This document shows, piece by piece, positions 1 to 21,000 of a DNA stretch of 64,000 nucleotides (positions are counted from its first letter, which is position 1; the number at the start of each line of letters is the position of its first letter). The notes under the pieces are model-generated. The model saw only the letters and a list, made by a program, of their open reading frames with translations. It was not told where the DNA came from and ran no database searches. The DNA is from Eledone cirrhosa. Lineage: Eukaryota. The position numbers and the translations under genes were made by a program. The stretch spans positions 398,970,001 through 399,034,000 of the forward strand of contig OZ024741.1 of assembly GCA_964016885.1 (NCBI GenBank). Reading direction: 5' to 3'.

Positions 1-3000
1 TATATCATACACTATATCATATACTATATCATACACTATTTCATACACTATATCATACACTATATCATATACTATATCATACAATATATCATATACTATA
101 TCATACATTATACCATGATCTATGTCATACACTATATCGTACACTATATCATACATTTTACTATACTCTATATCACATATTATATCATACACTAAATCGT
201 ACACGATATCATACACTATAACATACACTATACCATACTCTATATCATACTCTATATCATACACTATATCGTACACTATACCATACATTATATCATACTC
301 TATGTCATACACTATATCATACAATATCATACACTATATCATACACTATATCATACACTAAACCATACACTATATCATATACTATATCATATACTATATC
401 ATACACTATATCATACACCATATCATACACTATATCATACACTATACCATACACTATATCATACACTATATCATACACTATATCATACACTATATCATAC
501 ACTATACCATACACTATATCATATACTATATCAGATACTATATCATATACTATATCATACATTATATCATACAATATATCATACACTATACAATACAGTA
601 AACCATACACTATATAATACACTATACCATACACTATATCATACACTATATCATACACTATATCATACACTATATCATACAATATATCATACAATATAAC
701 ATATATTATATCATACACTATATCATATAGTATATCATACAGTATATTATAAACTATGTTATACACTATACCGTACACTATATCATACTCTATGTCATAC
801 ATTATATCATACACTATATCATATACTATACAATACATATATCTTACAATATATCATATATTATATCATACACTATATCATACACTATATCATACACAAT
901 ACCATACACTATATCATACACTATACCATACTCTATATCATACACTATATCATATGCTATATCATACACTATATCATACACTATACCATACACTATATCA
1001 TACACTATAAAATACTCTATATCATACACTATATCCTATACTATACATACACTATATCATACACTATGCCATACAATATATCATACAATATACCATACTC
1101 TATATCATACACTATATCATACACTATATCATATACTATATCATACACTATATCAATCACTATATCATACACTATATAATATACTATATCATACACTATA
1201 TCATACACTATATCATACACTATATCATTCAGTATACCATACTCTATATCATACACTATATAATACACTATATCATACACTATATCATACATTATATCAT
1301 ACACTATATCATACACTATATCATATACTATATCATACTTTATAAAATACACTATATCATATACTATACCATACATTATATCATACACTATACAATACAA
1401 TATATCATACTCTATATCATACACTATATCATACACTATATAATACACTATACCATACACTATATCATACTCTATATCATACACTATATCATACACTATA
1501 TCATACACTATACCATACACTATATCCTATACTATATCATATACTATATCATATACTATATCATACACTATATCATACAATATATCATACACTATACCAT
1601 ACACTATACCATACACTATATCATACACTATACCATACTCTATATCATACACTATAGCCTATACTATACATACACTATATCATACACTATACCATACACT
1701 ATATCATACACTATACCATACTCTATATCATACAGTATATCATACACTATATCATACACTATATCATACACTATATCAATCTCCATATCATACACTATAT
1801 AATATACTATATCATACACTATATCATACACTATATCATACACTATATCATTCACTATACCATACTCTATATCATACACTATATAATACACTATATCATA
1901 CACTATATCATACATTATATCATATACTATATCATACACTATATCATATACTATATCATACTCTATATCATACACTATATCATAGACTATAACATACACT
2001 ATATCATACACTATACCATACAATATACCATACTCTATATCATACACTATAGCATAGACTATATAATACACTATACCATACACTATACCATACACTATAT
2101 CATACACTATACCATACTCTATATCATACACTATATCCTATACTATACATACACTACATCATACACTATGCCATACACTACATCATACACTATACCATAC
2201 TCTATATCATACACTATATCATACACTATATCATACACTATATCATACACTATATCAATCTCCATATCATACACTATATAATATACTATATCATACACTA
2301 TATAATACACTATATCATAGACTATATAATTCACTATACCATACTCTATATCATACACTATATAATACACTATATCATACACTATATCATACATTATATG
2401 ATACACTATATCATACACTATATCATATACTATATCATACTCTATATCATACACTATATCATAGACTATAACATACAATATATCATACACTATTCCATAC
2501 AATATATCATACTCTATATCGTACACTATATCATACTCTATATCATACACTATATCATACACTATATACTATTTCATACACTATATCATACACTATAGCA
2601 TACATTATACTATACTCTATATCATACACTATATAATACACTATATCATACACTATATCATACACTATATAATACACTATATCATATACTATATCATACA
2701 CTATATCATACACTATACCATACTCTATATTATACAATATATAATACACTATATCATACACTATATCATACATTATATCATACACTATATCATACACTAT
2801 ATCATATACTATACCATACACTATATCATACACTATATCATACAATATACTATACACTATATCATATAATATATCATACACTATATCATACACTATATCA
2901 TACAATATAACATATATTATATCATACACTATATCATATACTATATCATACAGTATATTATACACTATATTATACACTATACCATACACTATATAATACT

Positions 3001-6000
3001 CTATGTCATACACTATATCTACACTATATCATACACTATACCATACATTATATCATACAATATATCATATACTATATCATATACTATACCATACTCTATA
3101 TCATACACTATATCATACACTATACCATACACTATATCATACTGTATATCATATATTATATCATACACTATATCATACACTATATCATATGCTATATCAT
3201 ACACTATATAATACACTATGCCATACACTATATCATACACTATACCATACTCTATATCATACACTATATTCTATTCTATACATACACTATATCATACACT
3301 ATGCCATACACTATATCATACACTATACCATACTCCATATCATACACTATATCATACACTATATCATACACTATATCATTCACTATATCATACAATATAT
3401 CATATACTATATCATATACTATTTCATATACTATACCATACATATATCTTACAATATATCATATATTATATCATACACTATATCATACACTATATCATAC
3501 ACAATACCATACACTATATCATACACTATACCATACTCTATATCATACACTATATCCTATACTATACATACACTATATCATACACTATGCCATACACTAT
3601 ATCATACACTATACCATACTCTATATCATACATTATATCATACACTATATCATACACTATATCATACACTATATCAATCTCCATATCATACTCTATATAA
3701 TATATTATATCATACACTATATCATACATTATATCATACACTATATCATTCACTATACCATACTCTATAACATACACTATATAATACACTATATCATACA
3801 CTATATCATACATTATATCATACACTATATCATACACTATATCATATACTATATCATACTCTATATCATACACTATATCATAGATTATAACATACACTAT
3901 ATCATACACTATACCATACAATATATCATACTCTATATCATACACTATAGCATACACTATATAATACACTATACCATACACGATATCATATATTATATCA
4001 TACACTATATCATACTCTATATCATACACTATATCATACTCTATATCATACACTATATCATACACTATATACTAATTCATACACTATATCATACACTATA
4101 GCATACATTATACTATACTCTATATCATACACTATATCATACACTATATCATACACTATATATTACACTATATCATACACTATACCATACTCTATATCAT
4201 ACACTATATCATATATTATATCATACACTATATCATACACTATATCATACACTATATCATACAATATACCATACTCTATATCATACACTATATCATATAC
4301 TATATCATACACTATATCATATACTATACAATACATATATCTTACAATATATCATATATTATATCATACACTATATCATACACTATATCATACACAATAC
4401 CATAAACTATATCATACATTATACCATACTCTATATCCTACACTATTTCATATGCTATATCATACACTATATCATACATTATATCATACACTATATCATA
4501 CACTATATCATATACTATATCATACTTTATAAAATACACTATATCATAGACTATACCATACACTATATCATACACTATGCCATACAATATATCATACTCT
4601 ATATCATACACTATATCATACACTATATAATACACTATACCATACACTATATCATACTCTATATCATACACTATATCATACACTATATCATACACTATAC
4701 CATACACTATATCCTATACTATATCATATACTATATCATATACGATATCATACACTATATCATACAATATATCATACACTATACCATACACTATACCATA
4801 CACTATATAATACACTATACCATACACTATATGATACACTATATCATACACTATATCATACACTATATCATACATTATATCATACAATATAACATATATT
4901 ATATCATACACTATATCATATTCTATATCATACAGTATATTATACACTATATCATACACTATACCGTACACTATATCATACTCTATGTCATACACTATAG
5001 CATACACTACATAATACACTATACCATACACTATATCATACACTATATCATACACTATATCATATACAGTATCATATACTATATCATACACTATACCATA
5101 CTCTATATCATACACTATATCATGCACTATATCATGTACCGTATCATATACTATATCATACAGTATATCATATACTGTATCATATACTATATCATACACT
5201 ATATCATATAGAGTATCATACTCTATATCATACTCTATATCATACACTATACCATACACCATGTCATATATTATATCATACACTATATCATAAACTATAG
5301 CATACATTAAACTATACTCTTTATCATACACTATATCATACACTATATCATACACTATATCATACACTATACCATACACTATACCATACTCTATATCATA
5401 TGCTATATCATACACTATATCATACACTATACCATACAGTTTATATAATACACTATACCATATTCTATATCATACACTATATCCTATACTATACGTACAC
5501 TATACTATACACTATGCCATACACTATATCATACACTATACCATACTCTATATCATACACTATATCATACACTATATCATTCACTATATCATACACTATA
5601 TCATATACTATATCATACACTATATCATACATTATATCATACACTATATCATACACTAAACCATACTCTATATCATACACTATATCATACACTATATCAT
5701 ATACTATATCATACTCTATATCATACACTATATCATAGAATATACCATACATTATATCATACACTATACCATACAATATATCATACTCTATATCATACAC
5801 TATATCATACACTATATAATACAGTATACCATACACTATATCATACTCTATATCATACACTATATCATACACTATATCATACACTATACCATACACTACC
5901 TCATACACTATATCATACACTATATCATATACTATACCATATATTATATCATACACTATATCATACACTATACCATACACTATATCATACACTATATCAT

Positions 6001-9000
6001 TCACTATACTATTCACTATATGATATACTATATCATACACTATATCATACACTATACAATACTCTATATCATACACTATATAATACACAATATCATACAC
6101 TATATCATACTTTATATCATACACTATATCATACACTATATCATATACTATACCATACACTATATCATACACTATATCATACAATATACTATACACTATA
6201 TCAAATAATATATCATACACTATATCATACATTATATCATATACTATACCATACACTATATCATACACTATATCATACAATATACCATACACTATATAAT
6301 ACTCTATGTCATACACTATATCATACACTATATCATACACTATACCATACATTATATCATACACTATATCATATACTATATCAAAAAACTATATCATACA
6401 CTACATCATACACTATATCATACTCTATATCATATACTATATCATATACTATATCATATACTATACCATACTCTATATCATACACTATATCATACACTAT
6501 ACCATACACTACATCATACTGTATATAATATATTATATCATACACTATATCATATGCTATATCATACACTATATAATACACTATGTCATACACTATATCA
6601 TACACTATACCATTCTCTATATCATACACTATATAATATACTATATCATACACTATATCATACACTATATCATACACTATATCATACACTATATCATACA
6701 CTATATCATATACTATATCATACGCTATATCATACATTATATCATACAATATATCATATACTATATCCTACACTATATCATACACTATATCATATACTAT
6801 ATCATACACTATATCATACACTATATCATACACTATAACATACACTATATCATACACTATATAATATACTATATCATACACTATATCATATATTATATCA
6901 TACACTATATCCTATACTATACATACACTATAACATACACTATATCATTCACTACATCATATATTATATCATACACTATATCATATACTATATCATACAC
7001 TATATCATACACTATATTATATACTATATGAAACACTATATCATACACTATATCATATAATATTTCATACACTATATCATACACTATATCATATACTATA
7101 TCATACACTATATCATACACTATATCATACACTATATCATATACAATATCAAACACTATATCATATACTATATCATATACTATATCATACACTATACCAT
7201 GCTCTATATCATACACTATATCATACACTATATCATACACTATATCATACACTATACCATACACTATATCCTATACTATATCATATACTATATCATATAA
7301 TATATCATACACTATATCATACAATATATCATACACTATACCATAAACTATACCATGCACTATATAATACACTATACCATACACTATATCATACACTATA
7401 TCATACACTATATCATACACTATATTATACAATATAACATATATTATATCATACACTATATCATATACTATATCATACAGTATATTATACACTATATCAT
7501 ACACTATACCGTACACTATATCATACTCTATGTCATACACTATATAATACACTACATCATACACTATACCATACACTATATCATACACTATATCATACAC
7601 TATATCATACACTATATCATACACTATATCATACAATATAACATATATTATATCATACACTATATCATATACTATATCATACAGTATATTATACACTATA
7701 TTATACACTATACCATACACTATATAATACTCTATGTCATACACTATATCTACACTATATCATACACTATACCATACATTATATCATACAATATATCATA
7801 TACTATATCAAAAAACTATATCATACACTACATCATACACTATATCATACACTATATCATATACTATATCATATACTATACCATACTCTATATCATACAC
7901 TATATCATACACTATACCCTACACTATATCATACTGTATATCATATATTATATCATACACTATATCATACACTATATCATATGCTATATCATACACTATA
8001 TAATACACTATGCCATACACTATATCATACACTATACCATACTCTATATCATACACTATATTCTATTCTATACATACACTATATCATACACTATGCCATA
8101 CACTATATCATACACTATACCATACTCCATATCATACACTATATCATACACTATATCATACACTATATCATTCACTATATCATACAATATATCATATACT
8201 ATATCATATACTATTTCATATACTATACAATACATATATCTTACAATATATCATATATTATATCATACACTATATCATACACTATATCATACACAATACC
8301 ATACACTATATCATACACTATATCATACACTATATCATACACTATATCAATCTCCATATCATACACTATATAATATATTATATCATACACTATATCATAC
8401 ATTATATCATACACTATATCATACACTATATCATATACTATATCATACTCTATATCATACACTATATCATAGATTATAACATACACTATATCATACAATA
8501 TACCATACAATATATCATACTCTATATCATACACTATAGCATACACTATATAATACACTATACCATACACTATATCATATATTATATCATACACTATATC
8601 ATACTCTATATCATACACTATATCATACTCTATATCATACACTATATCATACACTATATACTAATTCATACACTATATCATACACTATAGCATACATTAT
8701 ACTATACTCTATATCATACACTATATCATACACTATATCATACACTATATATTACACTATATCATACACTATACCATACTCTATATCATACACTATATCA
8801 TATATTATATCATACACTATGTCCTACACTATATCATACACTATATCATACAATATACCATACTCTATATCATACACTATATCATTTACTATATCATACA
8901 CTATTTCATATACTATACAATACATATATCTTACAATATATCATATATTATATCATACACTATATCATACACTATATCATACACAATACCATAAACTATA

Positions 9001-12000
9001 TCATACATTATACCATACTCTATATCCTACACTATTTCATATGCTATATCATACACTATATCATACATTATATCATACACTATATCATACACTATATCAT
9101 ATACTATATCATACTTTATAAAATACACTATATCATAGACTATACCATACACTATATCATACACTATACCATACAATATATCATACTCTATATCATACAC
9201 TATATCATACACTATATAATACACTATACCATACACTATATCATACTCTATATCATACACTATATCATACACTATATCATACACTATACCATACACTATA
9301 TCCTATACTATATCATATACTATATCATATACGATATCATACACTATATCATACAATATATCATACACTATACCATACACTATACCATACACTATATAAT
9401 ACACTATACCATACACTATATGATACACTATATCATACACTATATCATACACTATATCATACACTATATCATACAATATAACATATATTATATCATACAC
9501 TATATCATATACTATATCATACAGTATATTATACACTATATCATACACTATACCGTACACTATACCATACTCTATGTCATACACTATAGCATACACTACA
9601 TAATACACTATACCATACACTATATCATACACTATTTCATATAACATATCATACACTATATCATACACTATATCATACACTATATCATATACAGTATCAT
9701 ATACTATATCATACACTATACCATACTCTATATCATACACTATATCATGCACTATATCATATACCGTATCATATACTATATCATACAGTATATCATATAC
9801 TGTATCATATACTATATCATACACTATATCATATAGAGTATCATACTCTATATCATACTCTATATCATACACTATACCATACACCATGTCATACACTATA
9901 TCATACACTATATCATACACTATATCATACACTATATCATATATTATATCATACACTATATCATAAACTATAGCATACATTAAACTATACTCTTTATCAT
10001 ACACTATATCATACACTATATCATACACTATATCATACACTATACCATACACTATACCATTCTCTATATCATATGCTATATCATACACTATATCATACAC
10101 TATACCATACAGTTTATATAATACACTATACCATATTCTATATCATACACTGTATCCTATACTATACGTACACTATACTATACACTATGCCATACACTAT
10201 ATCATACACTATACCATACTCTATATCATACACTATATCATACACTATATCATTCACTATATCATACACTATATCATATACTATATCATACACTATATCA
10301 TACATTATATCATACACTATATCATACACTAAACCATACTCTATATCATACACTATATCATACACTATATCATATACTATATCATACTCTATATCATACA
10401 CTATATCATAGAATATACCATACACTATATCATACACTATACCATACAATATATCATACTCTATATCATACACTATATCATACACTATATAATACAGTAT
10501 ACCATACACTATATCATACCCTATATCATACACTATATCATACACTATATCATACACTATACCACACACTACCTCATACACTATATCATACACTATATCA
10601 TATACTATACCATATACTATATCATACACTATATCATACACTATACCATACACTATATCATACACTATATCATTCACTATACTATTCACTATATGATATA
10701 CTATATCATACACTATATCATACACTATACCATACTCTATATCATACACTATATAATACATAATATCATACACTATATCATACTTTATATCATACACTAT
10801 ATCATACACTATATCATATACTATACCATACACTATATCATACACTATATCATACAATATACTATACACTATATCATATAATATATCATACACTATATCA
10901 TACACTATATCATATACTATACCATACACTATATCATACACTATATCATACAATATACCATACATTATATCATACACTATATCATATACTATATCAAAAA
11001 ACTATATCATACACTACATCATACACTATATCATACATTATATCATATACTATATCATATACTATATCATATACTATACCATACTCTATATCATACACTA
11101 TATCATACACTATACCATACACTACATCATACTGTATATCATATATTATATCATGCACTATATCATACACTATATCATATGCTATATCATACATTATATA
11201 ATACACTATGTCATACACTATATCATACACTATACCATTCTCTATATCATACACTATATAATATACTATATCATACACTATATCATACACTATATCATAC
11301 ACTATATCATACACTATATCATACACTATATCATATACTATATCATACGCTATATCATACACTATATCATACAATATATCATATACTATATCCTACACTA
11401 TATCATACACTATATCATATACTATATCATACATTATATCATACACTATATCATATACTATATCATACACTATACCATACTCTATATCATACACTATATC
11501 ATACACTATATAATACACTATAACATACACTATATCATACACTATATAATATACTATATCATACACTATATCATATATTATATCATACACTATACCATAC
11601 TCTATATCATACACTATATCATATGCTATATCATACACTATATCATACACTATACCAAACACTATATCACACACTATACCATACTTTATATCATACACTA
11701 TATCCTATACTATACATACACTATATCATACACTATGCCATAAACTATATCATACACTATACCATACTCTATATCATACACTATATCATACACTATATCA
11801 TACACTATATCATACACTATATCAATCACCATATCATACACTATATAATATACTATATCATACACTATATCATACACTATATCATACACTATATCATACA
11901 TTATATCATACACTATATCATACACTATATCATATAATATATCATACTCTATATCATACACTATATCATAGACTATAACATACACTATATCATACACTAT

Positions 12001-15000
12001 ACCATACAATATATCATACTCTATATCATACACTATAGCATACACTATATAATACACTATACTATACACTATATCATACTCTATATCATACACTATATCA
12101 TACACTATATCATACACTATACCATACACTATATCATACATTATATCATACACTATATCATATACTATACCATATACTATGTCATACACTATAAAATACA
12201 CTATACCATACACTATATAATACACTATAAAATACACTATATCATACACTATATCATACACTATATCATACACTATATCATACACTATATCATACAATAT
12301 GAAATATTTTATATCATACACTATATCATATACTATATCATACACTATATCCTATACTATATCATACACTATATAATACACTATAACATATAATATATCA
12401 TGTACTATATCATATACTATATCATACACTCTATCATACACTATAGCATACACTATATCATACACTATATCATACACTATACCGTGCACTATATAATACT
12501 CTATGTCATACACTATATCATACACTATATCATATAATATATCATACACTATATCATACACTATATCATACACTATATCATATACAGTATCATATACTAT
12601 ATCATACGCTATACCATACTCTACATCATACACTATATCATACACTATATCATATACAGTATCATATACTATATCATACAGTATATCATATACTGTATCA
12701 TACTCTATATCATACTCTATATCATACACTATACCATACACCATATCATACACTATATCATACACTATATCATACACTATATCATACTCTATATCATACA
12801 CTATATCATACTCTATGTCATACACTATATCATACACTATATACTATTTCATACACTATATCATACACTATAGCATACATTATACTATACTCTATATCAT
12901 ACACTATATCATACACTATATCATACTCTATATCATACACTATATCATATATTACATCATACACTATATCATACACATTATCATACACTATATCATACAA
13001 TATAGCATACTCTATATCATACACTATATCGATCACCATATCATACACTATATAATATACTATATCATACACTATATCATACACTATATCATACATTATA
13101 TCACTCACTATACCATACTCTATATCATACACTATATAATACACTATATCATACACTATATCATACATTATATCATACACTATATCATACACTATATCAT
13201 ATAATATATCATACTCTATATCATACACTATATCATAGACTATAACATACACTATATCATACACTATACCATACAATATATCATACTCTATATCATACAC
13301 TATAGCATACACTATATAATACACTATACTATACACTATATCATACTCTATATCATACATTATATCATACACTATATCATACACTATACCATACACTATA
13401 TCATACATTATATCATACACTATATCATATACTATACCATATACTATGTCATACACTATATCATACACTATACCATATACAATATCATACACTATATCAT
13501 ACACTATACAATACACTATATCATATACTATATCATACACTATATCATACACTATATCATACCATCATACACTATATCATATACTATACCATACACTATA
13601 TCATACATTATATCATATACTATATCATATACTATATCATACATTATATCATACATTATATCATACACTATATCATACACTATATCATATACTATATCAT
13701 ACACTATATCATACACTATATCATACACTATATCATACACTATACCACACTTTATATCATACACTATATCATATACTATATCATACACTATATCATACAC
13801 TATACCATACTCTATATCATACACTATATCTTACACTATATCATACACTATATCATACACAATATAATACACTATATCATATACTATATCATACACTATG
13901 TAATATACTATACCATACACTTCATCATACACTATATCATACACTATACCATACACTATATCATACACTATATCATATACTATTCATACACTATATCATA
14001 CACTATATCATACACTATATCATATACTATATCCTACACAATATCATACACTATATCATACACTATATCATACACTATAGCATACTTTATATCATACAAT
14101 ATATGATATACTATATCATATACTATATCATACACTATACCATACTCTATATCATACACCATATATTACACTATATCATACACTATAACATACACTATAT
14201 CATACACTATATCATATATTATATCATACACTATATCATATACTATATTATATGCTATATCATACACTATATCATATACTATATCAAACACTATATCATA
14301 AACTATATCATTTACTATTTCATATACTATATCATACACTATATCATAAACTATATAATACACTATACCATACTTTATATCATACACTATATCATATACT
14401 ATATCATATACTATATCATACACTATACCATGCTCTATATCATACACTATATAATACACTATATCATACACTATATCATACATTATACTATACTCTATAT
14501 CATATATTATATCATACTCTATATCATACACTAAATCATACACGATGTCATACACTATATCATACACTATACCATACTCTATATCATACTCTATATTATA
14601 CACTATATCATACATTATACCGTACACTATATCATACTCTATGTCATACACTATATCATACACTATATCATACACTAAACCATACACTATATCATAAACT
14701 ATATCATATACTATATAATATACTATATCATACACTATATCATATACTATATCATACACTATATCCTATACTATATCATACACTATATAATACACTATAA
14801 CATATAATATATCATATACTATATCATATACTATATCATACACTATATCATACACTATATCATACACTATATCATACACTATACCATACACTATATCCTA
14901 TACTATATCATATACTATATCATATACTATATCATACACTATATCGTACAATATGTCATACACTATACCATACACTATACCATACACTATATAATACATA

Positions 15001-18000
15001 TAAAATACACCATATCATACACTATATCATACACTATATCATACACTATATCATACAATATGAAATATTTTATATCATACACTATATCATATACTATATC
15101 ATACACTATATCCTATACTATATCATACACTATATAATACACTATAACATATAATATATCATGTACTATATCATATACTATATCATACACTATATCATAC
15201 ACTATAGCATACACTATATCATACACTATATCATACACTATTCCGTACACTATATAATACTCTATGTCATACACTATATCATACACTATATCATATATTA
15301 TATCATACACTATATCATACACTATATCATACACTATATCATATACAGTATCATATACTATATCATACGCTATACCATACTCTATATCATACACTATATC
15401 ATACACTATATCATATACAGTATCATATACTATATCATACAGTATATCATATACTGTATCATACTCTATATCATACTCTATATCATACACTATACCATAC
15501 ACCATATCATACACTATATCATACACTATATCATACACTATATCATACTCTATATCATACACTATATCATACTCTATGTCATACACTATATCATACACTA
15601 TATACTATTTCATACACTATATCATACACTATAGCATACATTATACTATACTCTATATCATACACTATATCATACACTATATCATACTCTATATCATACA
15701 CTATATCATATATTACATCATACACTATATCATACACATTATCATACACTATATCATACAATATACCATACTCTATATCATACACTATATCATATACTAT
15801 ATCATACACTATATCATATACTATAAAATACGTATATCTTAAAATATCTCATATATTATATCATACACTATATTATACACTATATCATACACAATACAAT
15901 AAACTATATCATACACTATACCATACTCTATATCCTACACTATATCATATGCTATATCATTCACTATATCATACACTATACCATACAGTATATATAATAC
16001 ACTATACCGTACTCTATATCATACACTATATCCTATACTATACATACACTATATTATACACTATGCCATACACTATATCATACACTATACCATACTCTAT
16101 ATCATACACTATATCATACATTATATCATACAATATATCATACACTATATCATTCACTATATCATACACTATATCATATACTATATCATACACTATATCA
16201 TACACTATATCATACACTATATCATACACTAAACCATACTCTATTACACTATATCATACACTATATCATACATTATATCATACACTATATCATAAACTAT
16301 ATCATATACTATATCATACTCTATATCATACACTATATCATAGACTATACCATACACTATATCATACACTATACCATACAATATATCATACTCTATATCA
16401 TACACTATATCATACACTATATAATACAATATACCATACACTATATCATACTCTATATAATACACTATATCATACACTATATCATACACTATACCATACA
16501 CTATATCATACACTATATCATACACTATATCATATACTATACCATATAATATATCATACTCTATATCATACACTATACCATACACTATATCATATACTAT
16601 ACCATACACTATATCATACATTATATCACATACTATATCATATACTATATCATACACTATATCATACACTATATCATACACTATATCATATACTATATCA
16701 TACACTATATCATACACTATATCATACACTATACCATACTTTATATCATACACTATATCATATAATATATCATATAATATATCATACACTATACCATACT
16801 CTATATCATACACTATATCATACACTATATCATACACTATATCATACACAATATCATACACTATATCATACACTATATCATACACTATATCATATACTAT
16901 ATCATATACTATATCATACATTATACCATTCTCGATATCATACACTATATAATATACAATAGCATATACTATATCATACACTATATCATACACTATACCA
17001 TACACTATATCATACACTATATCATATACTATTCATACACTATATCATACACTATATCATACACTATATCATATAATATATCCTCCACTATATCATACAC
17101 TATATCATATATTATATCATACACTATATCATACACTATATGGTACTTTATATCATACACTATATCATATACTATATCATATAATATATCATACACTATA
17201 CCATACTTTATATCATACACTATATCATACACTATATCATACACTATAACATACACTATATCATACACTATATGATATACTATATCATATACTATATCAA
17301 ACACTATATCATACACTATATCATATACTATTTCATACACTATTTCATACACTATATCATATACTATATCATACACTATATCATACACTATATCATACAC
17401 TATAGCATACTTTATATCATACACTATATCATATACTATATCATATACTATATCATACACTATACCATGCTGTATATCATACATTATATCATACAATATA
17501 TCATAAACGATATCATACATTATACTATACTCTATATCATACACTATATCATACACTATATCATACACTATATCATAGACAATATCATACACTATATCAT
17601 ATACTATATCATACACTATATCATATACTATATCATACACTATACTATTCTCTATATCATACACTATATAATATACTATATCATACACTATATCATACAC
17701 TATATCATACACTATACCATACACTATATCATACACTATATCATATACTATATCATACAATATATCATACACTATATCATACACTATATAATATACTATA
17801 TCCTACACTATATCATACACTATATCATATACTATATCATACACTATATCATACACTATATCATATACTATATCATACACTATACCATACTCTATATCAT
17901 ACACTATATCATACACTATATCATACACTATAACATACACTATATCATACACTATATCATATACTATATTATACACTATATCATATAATATATGATACAC

Positions 18001-21000
18001 TATATCATACACTATATCATATACAATATCAAACACTATATCATACACTATATCATATACTATTTCATACACTATATCATACACTATATCATATACTATA
18101 TCATACACTATATCATACACTATATCATACACTATACCATACATTATATCATACACTATATCATATACTATATCATAAACTATATCATACATTATACCAT
18201 GCTCTATGTCATACACTATATCGTACACTATATCATACACTATATCATACATTTTACTTTACTCTATATCATATACTATATCATACACTAAATCATACAC
18301 GATATCATACACTATAACATACACTATACTATACTCTATATCATACTCTATATCATACACTATATCATACACTATACCATACACTATATCATACTCTATG
18401 TCATACACTATATCATACAATATCATACAATATATCATACACTATATCATATACTATATCATACACTATACTATCCTCTATATCATACACTATATAATAT
18501 ACTATATCATACACTATATCATACACTCTATCATACACTATACCATACACTATATCATACACTATATCATATACTATATCATACAATATATCATACACTA
18601 TATCATACACTATATCATATACTATATCCTACACTATATCATGCACTATATCATATACTATATAATACACTATATCATACACTATATCATATACTATATC
18701 ATACACTATACCATACTCTATATCATACACTATATCATACACTATATCATACACTATAACATACACTATATCATACACTATATCATATACTATATTATAC
18801 ACTATATCATATACTATATCATACACTATATCATACACTATATCATATATAATATCAAACACTATATCATACACTATATCATATACTATTTCATACACTA
18901 TATCATACACTATATCATATACTATATCATACACTATATCATACACTATATCATACACTATACCATACTTTATATCATACACTATATCATATACTATATC
19001 ATAAACTATATCATACATTATACCATGCTCTATATCATACAGTATATCGTACACTATATCATACACTATATCATACATTTTACTATACTCTATATCATAT
19101 ACTATATCATACACTAAATCATACACGATATCATACATTATAACATACACTATACTATACTCTATATCATACACTATATCATATACTATATCATACACTA
19201 TACCATACTCTATATCATACACTATATCATATACTATATAATATACTATATCGTACACTATATCATATACTATATCATACACTATATCCTATACTATATC
19301 ATACACTATATAATACACTATAACATATACTATATCATATACTATATCATATACTATATCATACACTATATCATACACTATATCATACACTATATCATAC
19401 ACTATACCATACACTATATCATAAACTATATCATTTACTATATCATATACTATATCATACACTATATACTATAATATATCATACACTATACAATACACTA
19501 TACCATACACTATATAATACACTATACCATACACTATATCATACGCTATATCATACACTATATCATACACTATATCATACACTATATCATACAATATAAC
19601 ATATATTATATCATACACTATATCATATACTACATCATACAGTATATTATACACTATATTATACACTATACCGTACACTATATCATACTCTATGTCATAC
19701 ACTATATCATACATTATATCATACACTATACCATACACTATATCATAAACTATATCATATACTATATCATACACTATATCATACACTACATCATACACTA
19801 TATCATACTCTATATCATATAATATATCATACACTATACCATACTCTATATCATACACTATATCATAAAGTATACCATACTCTATATCATACTGTATATC
19901 ATATAGTATATCATACACTATATCATACACTATATCATATGCTATATCATACACTATATCATACACTATACCATACACTATATCATACACTATACCATAC
20001 TCTATATCATACAGTATATCCTATACTATACATACACTATATTATACACTATGCCATACACTATATCATACACTATACCAAACTCTATATCATACACTAT
20101 ATCCTATTCTATACATACACTATATCATACACTGTGCCATACACTATATCATACACTATACCATACTCCATATCATACACTATATCATACACTATATCAT
20201 ACACTATATCACATGCTGTATCATATACTATATCATAGAGTATATCATATACTGTATCATACTCTATATCATACTCTATATCATACACTATACCATACAC
20301 CATATCATACACTATATCATACACTATATCATACACTATATCATACTCTATATCATACACTATATCATACTCTATATCATACACTATATCATACCCTATA
20401 TACTATTTCATACACTATATCATACACTATAGCATACATTATACTATACTCTATATCATACACTATGTCATACACTATATCATACACTATATCATACACT
20501 ATACCATACTCTATATCATACACTATATCATATATTATATCATACACTATATCATACACATTATCATACACTATATCATACAATATACCATACTCTATAT
20601 CATACACTATATCATATGCTATATCATATACTATAAAATACATAAATCTTACAATATCTCATATATTATATCATACATTATATCATACACTATATCAGAC
20701 TCAATACCATAAACTATATCATACACTATACCATACTCTATATCCTACACTATATCATATGCTATATCATACACTATATCATACACTATATCATACACTA
20801 TATCATACACTATACCATACTCTATATCATACAGTATATCCTATACTATACATACACTATATAATACACTATGCCATACACTATATCATACACTATACCA
20901 TACTCTATATCATACACTATATCCTATTCTATACATACACTATATCATACACTGTGCCATACACTATATCATACACTATATCCTATTCTATACATACACT